The notes beneath the pieces are model-generated. The model worked only from the letters and a program-made list of their open reading frames with translations, was not told the DNA's origin and made no database searches. DNA of 64,000 nt from an uncultured candidate division Zixibacteria bacterium. GTDB taxonomy: Bacteria > Zixibacteria > MSB-5A5 > UBA10806. The position numbers and the translations under genes are program-made. The stretch covers positions 128,001 through 192,000 of the forward strand of contig CAWDFP010000006.1 of assembly GCA_963801605.1 (NCBI GenBank). The letters are read 5' to 3'. Below are positions 39,983 through 48,606 of the stretch, in pieces (within the stretch, counting starts at the first letter, position 1; the number at the start of each line of letters is the position of its first letter).

Positions 39983-41127
39983 AAGCTTCGAATTTCCATC
40001 TTTGGGGGATTATAGCGGTCCTAAGTATTGCGATTGGCATAAAGGCCGATGAAGTAAGCGACCGGAGGATCCAGCTTGAAGATATAAAAGCAGAGCTATC
40101 ATCAAAACGCGCCCTGTATGATTCGCTGGGAATCAAGGAAAAGGATGAATCTAAGAGGCTTCGCGATCTGGAACAGCAGGTGAACCTGTCAGGTCAGCTT
40201 TTGCTCAAAATAAACCGTCAAACTGATCAACTGGCCGCTATAATTTCAACTCAGAAGGTAGAACTGCAAACAACTCAGGCGATGCGAGATGAGAGGGCCA
40301 GGCTGCTTAAACAACGGCTGGTTTATATCTACAAAATGGGAGACAGGCCGGCCTGGCTCGAAATTTTATCGTCGGGAGATCCAACATCGGTTCTTACGGG
40401 ATACCGCAATATGAAATCACTGGTTGAATATGATAACCATTTAATCTCCTCCTACCATGATCTTTCAGTTTCTTTGGAGAATGGATTAAAACGATACCAG
40501 GCTAATATCGCTGATTTGAGAGACCTTCAAGCCGATCAGAAAATAGAATTAGCAAATCGCGAGAAAACGCTTCAAAACCGCAGGAAGCTTGTAAATAAAC
40601 TAAAAAAAGATCGAGGTGAGGTCGAGCGCTCAATTACCAGTCTGGAAGATGATGCCAAGGATATTGCGGGTATCATCGAGGTGTTGGAACGTCAAAACCT
40701 GATAGATACTACCCGAACCGGCCTGGTGGGCCTGGCGGCCAGCAAAGGAGATCTGGTTTGGCCGGCGCGCGGGAAGATAATCCGGGGGTTTGGAACGCTG
40801 AAGGATAAACGCGGAATAGAATTAACCAATCCGGGAATAGATATCGAGGCAAAATCTGGAGCCGATGTCTTGTCGGCGGCGTCAGGGGTGGTTATTTATA
40901 TTAACTGGCTTCGAGGTTATGGGCAATTTATTATCTTGGATCATGGGTTGGGGTACTATACTCTGTATGCCAATTTATCTGATGTACTGGTGGAATCGGG
41001 TGATCATGTCAAGGCCGGCGAATTGATTGCCTTAGTGGGCGACTCCGGTTCGCTTGAGGGACCGAAACTGCATTTTGAGGTACGTTATAAAAAGGACCAA
41101 CTGAATCCTATGGAGTGGCTGAGATGA
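39979..41127 (+). CDS. envC: EnvC-like murein hydrolase activator (coiled coil + M23)
   Basis: Long coiled coil; degenerate M23 (NPGIDI, TLYANL, LHFEVR); ATGA-coupled to ftsX. Confidence 0.8.
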   Translation: MKASNFHLWGIIAVLSIAIGIKADEVSDRRIQLEDIKAELSSKRALYDSLGIKEKDESKRLRDLEQQVNLSGQLLLKINRQTDQLAAIISTQKVELQTTQAMRDERARLLKQRLVYIYKMGDRPAWLEILSSGDPTSVLTGYRNMKSLVEYDNHLISSYHDLSVSLENGLKRYQANIADLRDLQADQKIELANREKTLQNRRKLVNKLKKDRGEVERSITSLEDDAKDIAGIIEVLERQNLIDTTRTGLVGLAASKGDLVWPARGKIIRGFGTLKDKRGIELTNPGIDIEAKSGADVLSAASGVVIYINWLRGYGQFIILDHGLGYYTLYANLSDVLVESGDHVKAGELIALVGDSGSLEGPKLHFEVRYKKDQLNPMEWLR

Positions 41128-42299
41128 TTACGCCTCCGCATCTTGAAAAGCTATCTGAAAGACTGTGTGAATCGGCCCGAAAAGGAACGCTGAATCAATC
41201 CGTTCTCTTTGTAGGTAAGGAGGGAATCGGTAAGTTTTCGCTGGTATTGAATCTGGCTCAGACGCTCCTGTGCGAACGAGAAATGTCCACCTGTGGTGAG
41301 TGTCCATCATGCCATGAGGTTGGAAGGTTGATTTATCCTGATTTTTTGCTGCTTTACCCTTTCCCCAATCTTCGTCCCGAATCTAAGAAGTTGACTGTAT
41401 TTTCATTTTCCGATCCGGTATCGTCGAGTGCCAGGTTTTCCGAGGAGACTCGCGAAACAGTTGAAGAGCACAGGCAGGCCTTATTGAGTGATCCTTATGC
41501 ATTATCGGATTATGAAAAAAAGGATATTATCCCGGCCGAGGTGGTACGGGATTTAATTCAGGCTCTTGCCAAACGTCCGCTTCGGGGCGGGCGGCGAGTG
41601 GTGGCTGCGCTCGATATTGATAAGATGGCATACGGGGCAGCCGACTTGTTTCTTAAAACTGTCGAAGAACCCCCGCAGAATACTCATCTGCTGTTAACAA
41701 CCGCAAATCCCAATCTTCTCTATCCCACTCTGTTATCTCGAACAGAACGTATAAAGGTCCCGCCGGTACCGGAAAATATTATCGCCCCTCTTCTGACGGA
41801 GCGGCTAAAAATTGGCGCTCCAATTGGGCATTATCTTTCCAGGATTTCGGGAGGTTCTCCCGGCACCGCAATTAAGCTCTATGAGGGAGAGGCGCTGAGT
41901 CGTCGGGAGCGGATTCTGGAGCTATTCGAAAAGCTTCTTGGCGGAGCAAGCATCGCGACAATCATACACGATGTAAATTTGCAATATTCGGGGGGCAAGT
42001 ATAGATTCGATGATCTTAAAATAGAATTCGATATTATCGAAAGTATAATCCACGACCTATATATGGTTGGCGAAAATGACCTTGATAATCATTTAATTAA
42101 TGTCGATATTATCAGCAAATTCCAGACTATCAAAGCCCCGGAAAGGGAAGCGCTTGATATCTGGAATAGTACATTGGCCGAGACGAGAAGGGCTTGTACG
42201 GTTAACAATGTCGCGGCCGATGCTGGAATGGTTTTTTTATTTATCTCTTGTGCGGAGGCGATGAAAAACCTGACTCGACCCAAATTTACCTTACCTTAG
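41124..42299 (+). CDS. holB: DNA polymerase III delta-prime subunit
   Basis: GKEGIGK, CGECPSC, FLKTVEEPP, TLLSR. Confidence 0.85.
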   Translation: MITPPHLEKLSERLCESARKGTLNQSVLFVGKEGIGKFSLVLNLAQTLLCEREMSTCGECPSCHEVGRLIYPDFLLLYPFPNLRPESKKLTVFSFSDPVSSSARFSEETRETVEEHRQALLSDPYALSDYEKKDIIPAEVVRDLIQALAKRPLRGGRRVVAALDIDKMAYGAADLFLKTVEEPPQNTHLLLTTANPNLLYPTLLSRTERIKVPPVPENIIAPLLTERLKIGAPIGHYLSRISGGSPGTAIKLYEGEALSRRERILELFEKLLGGASIATIIHDVNLQYSGGKYRFDDLKIEFDIIESIIHDLYMVGENDLDNHLINVDIISKFQTIKAPEREALDIWNSTLAETRRACTVNNVAADAGMVFLFISCAEAMKNLTRPKFTLP

Positions 42300-42369
42300 G
42301 CTCAATTACCGGCCGTGGGGGTTAGGGCCAAGCCATTATCGCTTACGCAGTTAATTATATGGGAGAGAG

Positions 42370-43245
42370 ATGAACGCTTACATAGTTGCATTTAAGGGCA
42401 ATCGCAAAACCTGCTTTATAGATCCAAACGATCTTAAGATAGATACTGGTAAATACGCGGTCGTCCAGGCTGAGCGCGGCGAGGATTTCGGACAGGTCGT
42501 ACGGCGGGCCAAGCCCGAGGAGATCAGTCCCGAAGGAGAACCATTAAAAATCCTGCGGCTGGGCACAGATTACGATTTGGATCGCATGGTATTTAACCGT
42601 CAAAAGGAAGATGAGACTTACGACGAGTGCCTGAAATTTATATCCAAGCATGGTCTTAACATGAAGCTTGTCGATGTCGAATACCAGTTCGATTGCAATA
42701 AAATTACCTTCTTTTTCACAGCCGAAAAACGCGTCGATTTTCGCGAATTGGTCAAAGACTTAGCGGCCACTTATCGCACCAGGATTGAGCTTCGCCAAAT
42801 AGGCGTGCGCGATGAAACCAAGCGGGTCGATGGTTATGGCCTATGCGGACGCAGGCAGTGCTGCGCAAGCTGGCTTCCGGAGTTCACTACGGTCACCACT
42901 CAAATGGCGCGCAATCAAAACCTGGCGATGAACCCGCAGAAGCTTTCCGGGAATTGCGGACGGTTATTATGCTGTCTGAGATATGAGATGGAGTTTTACG
43001 AGGAAGTAACCCCGCTCTATCCGCCGCCGGGAGCTCGTTGTATGACGAAGAAAGGCCCCGGGAAAATCATCAAGGTTGATATTTTTAAAGAGAAGATTCA
43101 TATCCTTCTCGATGAAGACGGCGAACTTATAATGAATATCGCCGAACTTAAGAAAGCCAGGACGCGCGGGGAATTTAAGGTGATCGATTCGCCCGGCCGC
43201 TCGCAAACCGCGGACGACGAAGAGCTACGGAAGCTTCAGGGATAA
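42370..43245 (+). CDS. ricT: PSP1-domain protein RicT/YaaT
   Basis: RVDFRELVKDLA, RIELRQIGVRDE, CGRRQCC, CGRLLCCLRYE. Confidence 0.9.
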   Translation: MNAYIVAFKGNRKTCFIDPNDLKIDTGKYAVVQAERGEDFGQVVRRAKPEEISPEGEPLKILRLGTDYDLDRMVFNRQKEDETYDECLKFISKHGLNMKLVDVEYQFDCNKITFFFTAEKRVDFRELVKDLAATYRTRIELRQIGVRDETKRVDGYGLCGRRQCCASWLPEFTTVTTQMARNQNLAMNPQKLSGNCGRLLCCLRYEMEFYEEVTPLYPPPGARCMTKKGPGKIIKVDIFKEKIHILLDEDGELIMNIAELKKARTRGEFKVIDSPGRSQTADDEELRKLQG

Positions 43246-43408
43246 CGGGATGGACACTTTTGTGGTAAAGTCCTTAAGGCTGATTTCCGTAAAGAGCAAA
43301 CCGTTGATGTGTTAGTATCCTGGCGCTGAAGACGTCCATGGATGACTCAATGGCCATCACTATATTTTCATCCGAACAAGATGTATTATATTTCGATAAG
43401 AGGAAAAG

Positions 43409-45304
43409 ATGAGCAAATTCTACGTTACCACACCAATCTATTATGTCAATGATGAGCCGCATATCGGCCATGCTTATACGACTATATTAGCGGATGTCCT
43501 GTCGCGTTATCATCGTTTGTTTGGCGATGACGTCTTTTTCCTGACCGGAACCGATGAACATGGTCAGAAGCTTCAGGAGGCAGCGGCCAAGAATAATCTC
43601 ACGCCGCAAGAATTTTGTGATAGGATGGTAATTCGCTTTCAGAAGGTTTGGGAACGTCTTAATATCAGCAATAGCGATTTTATCAGGACCAGCCAGGAGC
43701 GTCATGCTGTGGTTGTACAGAAGATTCTTCAGGATATTTATAACAAGGGCGAAATTTACGCGGCGGATTATGAAGGCTGGTACTGCACCCCCGACGAGCG
43801 CTTCTGGACAGAAAAGGATCTGGTCAACGGAAATTGTCCCGAATGCGGCCGTCCGGTAACAAAGATTACGGAGAAAAACTATTTCTTTAAGATGTCCAAA
43901 TACCAGGATTGGCTGATAAACTATATTCAGGCTAATCCCGATTTTATCCAGCCCGATTTTAGACGCAACGAAGTTCTGGGTTTCCTTCGCCAACCACTTG
44001 GAGACCTTTGTATCTCGCGGCCCAAATCGCGTCTAGCCTGGGGAATTGAACTACCTTTCGACAAGGATTATGTCTGTTATGTCTGGTTTGATGCCCTTAT
44101 CAATTATATTTCGACCATTGGATATACCAAGGATGATACTAATTTCAAGAAATGGTGGCCTGCGATTCATTTAATCGGAAAAGATATTCTGACCACTCAC
44201 GCCGTTTATTGGCCAACCATGCTCCAAGCGATTGGAATTGCCCAGCCTAAAACCATCTTTGCGCACGGCTGGTGGCTTTCCGGTGATACCAAAATGTCAA
44301 AATCGCTGGGGAATGTTATCAAACCGCTTGAGTTAGCGGATAAATACGGAGTCGACCCGTTTAGATATTTCCTGATTAGAGATATGACCCTGGGACAAGA
44401 TTCCAGCTACAGCGAGGATTCATTCATTGCCAGATATAATTCCGATCTGGCAAACGATCTGGGCAATTTGCTATCTCGCGTTGCCAAGATGATCAATTCC
44501 TATAATGGGGGTATTATTCCAAAAGCAACTCCCAGCGTCGAATCGGATTTCGAGCTTTCAATAAAGGTTGAGGACTTGCTTAAGGTATTTAAAGAAAGGA
44601 TCGAAACCTATAAACTCAATTTTGCCCTCGAGGATGTCATGGATTTGGTCAGAGCGACCAATCGTTATATCGAACAGAATCGTCCCTGGGACCTGGCTAA
44701 AAAGAACGAAACAGACAGGCTGAATACAGTGCTGTATTTTGGCGCGGAAGCGCTTCGGCTGGTATCCACACTACTCTCACCGGTGATGCCCGAGAAATGC
44801 CTCGAGATCAGGCGGCAGCTTGGCCTCTTAGACGAAAATAAGGAAGCATTTGAGCTTAAATGGGGCGCCCTTAAAGCAGGTACGAGGCTGGGGACTACGG
44901 AAACGCTTTTCCCGAGGCTCAAACGAGAGAGTACCGAGACGGTGCCTGCTGAATCCATAGCCGTCGTGGCGCCTAAAGGGCCGACAGTCAGCTACGATGA
45001 ATTTGCCAAGATCGAGTTTCGCACCGCCAAGATACTCGCCGCCGAAAAAGTTGAGGGTGCTAACAAGCTCTTAAAACTGCAAATCAATCTGGGAAACGAA
45101 ACTCGTCAGATAGTGGCGGGCGTGGCTCAATATTATTCGCCGGAGGAGATGGTCGGAAAAACAATTATCGTGGTGGCAAATTTAGAGCCAGCGAAGATCA
45201 GGGGCATCGAATCCAACGGCATGTTGTTAGCGGCCAAATCCGGTAATACGTTAGCGCTGCTAACATCCGATAAAGACATTCCACCCGGCGCGAAGATTAG
45301 CTGA
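43409..45304 (+). CDS. metG: Methionine--tRNA ligase with C-terminal tRNA-binding domain
   Basis: YVTTPIYYVN, HIGH, KMSKSLGN, C-terminal OB fold (GIESNGMLLAA). Confidence 0.97.
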   Translation: MSKFYVTTPIYYVNDEPHIGHAYTTILADVLSRYHRLFGDDVFFLTGTDEHGQKLQEAAAKNNLTPQEFCDRMVIRFQKVWERLNISNSDFIRTSQERHAVVVQKILQDIYNKGEIYAADYEGWYCTPDERFWTEKDLVNGNCPECGRPVTKITEKNYFFKMSKYQDWLINYIQANPDFIQPDFRRNEVLGFLRQPLGDLCISRPKSRLAWGIELPFDKDYVCYVWFDALINYISTIGYTKDDTNFKKWWPAIHLIGKDILTTHAVYWPTMLQAIGIAQPKTIFAHGWWLSGDTKMSKSLGNVIKPLELADKYGVDPFRYFLIRDMTLGQDSSYSEDSFIARYNSDLANDLGNLLSRVAKMINSYNGGIIPKATPSVESDFELSIKVEDLLKVFKERIETYKLNFALEDVMDLVRATNRYIEQNRPWDLAKKNETDRLNTVLYFGAEALRLVSTLLSPVMPEKCLEIRRQLGLLDENKEAFELKWGALKAGTRLGTTETLFPRLKRESTETVPAESIAVVAPKGPTVSYDEFAKIEFRTAKILAAEKVEGANKLLKLQINLGNETRQIVAGVAQYYSPEEMVGKTIIVVANLEPAKIRGIESNGMLLAAKSGNTLALLTSDKDIPPGAKIS

Positions 45305-45328
45305 CCTAATCATCTTTGGATTATAATT

Positions 45329-45361
45329 ACCGGAGTCTATATCAGGCTCCGGTTTTTATTT
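45329..45361 (+). terminator. metG terminator
   Basis: ACCGGAG...CTCCGGT-TTTTATTT. Confidence 0.7.
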
Positions 45362-45383
45362 GCTGGCATGATGTATCCCTAAG

Positions 45384-45587
45384 CGGCCGCGGGTTCCGCC
45401 TTTCGGTCTTTTAGACCGAAAGAAGAAATCCGATTGGGGGTAGGCGGTTTTCTAAAAGTGTGGGTGGAATGCTTTCTTCGCAAAAGAGTTCTCAGGAAGC
45501 ATGCCACCTTTATATTTGAGGGGTCGGGCAGGCCCGCAATCGGATTTCTGTGCCCCGACTTCGTCGGGGCTGCGGAACCCGCGGCCG
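45384..45587. repeat. ~200-bp nested inverted-repeat element (REPIN/MITE-like or structured RNA)
   Basis: 16-bp terminal IR CGGCCGCGGGTTCCGC/GCGGAACCCGCGGCCG; inner 13-bp IR AGAAATCCGATTG/CAATCGGATTTCT; two different side hairpins; central REP. Confidence 0.7.
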
Positions 45588-45627
45588 GATGCGATCACGA
45601 AGATTAGTAACCTATATTGATATTGTT

Positions 45628-47793
45628 TTAGGGAACCAGTTCCTGGAGCCGTTTGCGAGCGGCCTGGCTTTCGGGAAGTGCCAGGTTGAGATCGGCAAAG
45701 CGATGGTAATATTCGATGGCCCTAGCGGTATCGCCCAGCTTTTGGTCGCAGATAATTGCCAGATTAAACAGAAGTCTGGGATCGGCCCCGGGATAATTGA
45801 TTGCCGATTCAAATCCGGCCACAGCTTCGCGGAATTGGCCGCGATTCACGGCCCGGTAGGCAGTTGCCAGGGCCAGATTGTATTTGGCATCCCGGTTGTT
45901 TTGATTAATATCGATTGCCTTTTCATACAAGCCAATGGCGTCATCGTAATTGCCTTTATCTTTTCGAAGATTGCCCAGGTTAACGTAAATATTGGCGCGC
46001 TCAAATGCAGTAAGATGCCGCGATTTTAAAGCCTGCGAATACTCCTTATCGGCTAATTCTGTTTGTCTCAAATGGCGAAAAAAGACACCCAGGCTATTGT
46101 GAATAGAAGCTTCGCCAGATAAGGCGGCGACATCGCAAGCAGTATTAAAATCGCTTTGGGCGCGAGTAGTATCACCTGCAGCGATCAAGTCCTCTCCCCT
46201 ATCGAGATAAAGGTTTGAGAGCATCGTAATGCCCTTGAACTCAAGCTTTGATGAAAAGGAATTCAAGGCCGGAAGCTGCAGCCGATTCCAGACAGATTTA
46301 TCCTGTGGCCATTTGCCCCATCGATAGACAGGACCATGGGGAGTCAGGTTCATATTATAATAATCGAACACCAGTCCGCGGATAAGCAAGTGCTCCTTGA
46401 CGAGATACGATCTGGTTGGGTTGGACGCCATTATTTCCATGCACAAATCTTCGCCGGAGGGGGCCGGTTCAGCAGTGTGGTGAAGCTTGACCCGAAGTTT
46501 GCCTACAGTTTTAACGATATCGTAAATTTCCAAATCGGGACGAAGCCCCTCGACGTAGTGCAAATAATAAACCGATGAGTTAGCGTTATCTCCCACTGAA
46601 ACGAGAATTGAGTTAAGCGGAACCGAGTTCAAGATATTCATTCCATAGATATAAGCCAGCCTATTTTGGGACTGATTATTATCGGAAAAGTTTTTTGCAA
46701 ATGTGCCGATTAAAATAATCCCCAAAATGGTAATCGAAATTTCTCTCGCTTTCGGCAGATTGTGTAATATCCAAATCAATAGCGATATAAGCCCGGCTAT
46801 TCCGGCAAATATGGTGGGAAGGTAATACTGGTCGATATCGGGGATATCATAAAGCGCCGCCGCCGATAAATTGAATAAGATTATGGCTATAAGAATCAGT
46901 CGCGTTCTTCTTAAAATTACCCTCGGGAGAATTAGGCTGAAAAGCCCGGGGATAAGCACATATAACGGTAACTGTTCAGAAAGAATCACAATCGAGCGCC
47001 AGAGATTTTCCAGGTAGTTATCCAGCCTGACGCCGGTGATATATTCCTGATAGCGTTTGGCGGTGACATGATCGAAAAAGGCTTTGAAATTGGCCGGATG
47101 GTTCCAATCGGCAATTGGATTTAGCGATGACCTAACCGGGATATACAAATAGGCACTGATAGCAATCAGAAAGAGCAGCCCCAGAGTAATCCAGATTTTA
47201 ATGGGCACTCTGCGGGAGATTAGAGCATAGGCAATCGGAATAACCATCACCGCGATGCTTAGATGATTGGTCATTCCCAAGAATAAAAAATATCCTGAGG
47301 CAATTAGATATTTCTGTCGGCCATTTTCCAGGAAGCTTAAAAGGCATAACAACGATAGCAAAAATAGCAAAGACCCCAGCGAATAAACCTCAAATCCAAC
47401 GGCAGTCGCCCATAGAGAATTGCAGAAGCCGAAAATAATAGCGCCCAGAATCGGAATAACCAGGGCCGTTACGCGTTCTCTTTCAGATTGGGAAAAGAAG
47501 ATGACTCGAAAAACAAGTGCCGCAACGCCGCAAGCTCCGGAGGCCAGAAGCGCTGATAGGATATTAAACCCATGAGCGGGATTAATAGGCAGAACTGTCG
47601 CAATGGCCCGTCCGAGAAGAGTTAATATCGGATATCCGGGCGGATGCGCGATTCCCAATACGTAAGATGCCAGCGCCAGCTCGCCGCTGTCACCCGAATA
47701 GACTGTAGGACAAACTGTTTTGAGATATGCCAAAAACGTGGCTATGAATGGAATCGCAAATAGAAGCAGTTCGATTCGTTTAATTTTCGGCAT
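45628..47793 (-). CDS. DUF2723/TMEM260-like GT-C glycosyltransferase with C-terminal TPRs
   Basis: TVCPTVYSGDSGEL...LGIAHPPGYP, EVYSL, YLYIPVRS, GDN; multi-TM; C-terminal TPR repeats. Confidence 0.85.
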   Translation of the reverse strand: MPKIKRIELLLFAIPFIATFLAYLKTVCPTVYSGDSGELALASYVLGIAHPPGYPILTLLGRAIATVLPINPAHGFNILSALLASGACGVAALVFRVIFFSQSERERVTALVIPILGAIIFGFCNSLWATAVGFEVYSLGSLLFLLSLLCLLSFLENGRQKYLIASGYFLFLGMTNHLSIAVMVIPIAYALISRRVPIKIWITLGLLFLIAISAYLYIPVRSSLNPIADWNHPANFKAFFDHVTAKRYQEYITGVRLDNYLENLWRSIVILSEQLPLYVLIPGLFSLILPRVILRRTRLILIAIILFNLSAAALYDIPDIDQYYLPTIFAGIAGLISLLIWILHNLPKAREISITILGIILIGTFAKNFSDNNQSQNRLAYIYGMNILNSVPLNSILVSVGDNANSSVYYLHYVEGLRPDLEIYDIVKTVGKLRVKLHHTAEPAPSGEDLCMEIMASNPTRSYLVKEHLLIRGLVFDYYNMNLTPHGPVYRWGKWPQDKSVWNRLQLPALNSFSSKLEFKGITMLSNLYLDRGEDLIAAGDTTRAQSDFNTACDVAALSGEASIHNSLGVFFRHLRQTELADKEYSQALKSRHLTAFERANIYVNLGNLRKDKGNYDDAIGLYEKAIDINQNNRDAKYNLALATAYRAVNRGQFREAVAGFESAINYPGADPRLLFNLAIICDQKLGDTARAIEYYHRFADLNLALPESQAARKRLQELVP

Positions 47794-47950
47794 GTCTCAA
47801 GATAAGTATTGTGGCTATCGACGGGCAATATTAAAAGAGATAAAAACTGGGAGCGAGCCGGCGCACCGGAAGGTACGCCAACCAGGTCCCCTCAAAAAAG
47901 CAGCCGGCACACATCCTCGTTTATCGGCCGAAATAAATTCATTTGTGATT

Positions 47951-48421
47951 CTATTTTATAAAAGTATAGCTAACAATTCGGCGGTATTTCCCGTCCTTAC
48001 GATTCATCATCTTCTCGTCAATGAACTCCCGTCTCACCCGACAATAATCATCATGAAACCGACTGATAATCTCATTGACCTCTTTTTCCGAATAGATTCG
48101 ATTGAGTTCAAACTGCCGCAGGATATATTCCAGAATATATTTCCGTCGTTTAAGCTGAACGGGCAGAGTCTCAAATCGGCCATCTTTCATGAATCGTCCG
48201 ATAACCAGCTCTCCGGGATTCTGTAATTTTTTATTGGAATGTCTCTCCAGCCATTCTATCAGATCGGCTTCCTTAATACGCCAGTCTTTCCCTATTTTAT
48301 AGCCGTTAAGTTCGCCATATTGCAGTTTGCGAGCAATCACCTGAACATTCATTTTGAGCATTTCAGCGATTTCATTGGTGCAATAGAATTTCAAATTGGC
48401 GTTGTTTTCATTATTTATCAC
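47951..48421 (-). CDS. HTH_17 (excisionase-like) + DUF2087 fusion protein
   Basis: EIAEMLKM...GELNGYKIGKDWRI; LPVQLKRR...YSEKEVN...DDYCRVRREFID. Confidence 0.82.
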   Translation of the reverse strand: MINNENNANLKFYCTNEIAEMLKMNVQVIARKLQYGELNGYKIGKDWRIKEADLIEWLERHSNKKLQNPGELVIGRFMKDGRFETLPVQLKRRKYILEYILRQFELNRIYSEKEVNEIISRFHDDYCRVRREFIDEKMMNRKDGKYRRIVSYTFIK

Positions 48422-48553
48422 TTGTTTACCTCATTTCTGTTCTCAAAAACACATATTATAAGGTATTATTCGGTATTGTCAAGTATTATTAAATATTATG
48501 GATAAACCGCTATTTTATTAATGATGACATATATAATGAGGTGCTTCAACTAT

Positions 48554-48585
48554 AAAAAAACGTCCGGTAGCCTTAACCGGACGTT
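48554..48585 (-). terminator. Intrinsic terminator
   Basis: Stem ACGTCCGGT/ACCGGACGT followed by a T-run on the minus strand. Confidence 0.75.
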
Positions 48586-48606
48586 CACTATTAATAATAA
48601 CTAATT

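Noticed and set aside
47951..48421. Prophage/ICE excisionase
   Set aside because: The HTH is fused to DUF2087, and no integrase, att site or phage genes are nearby.
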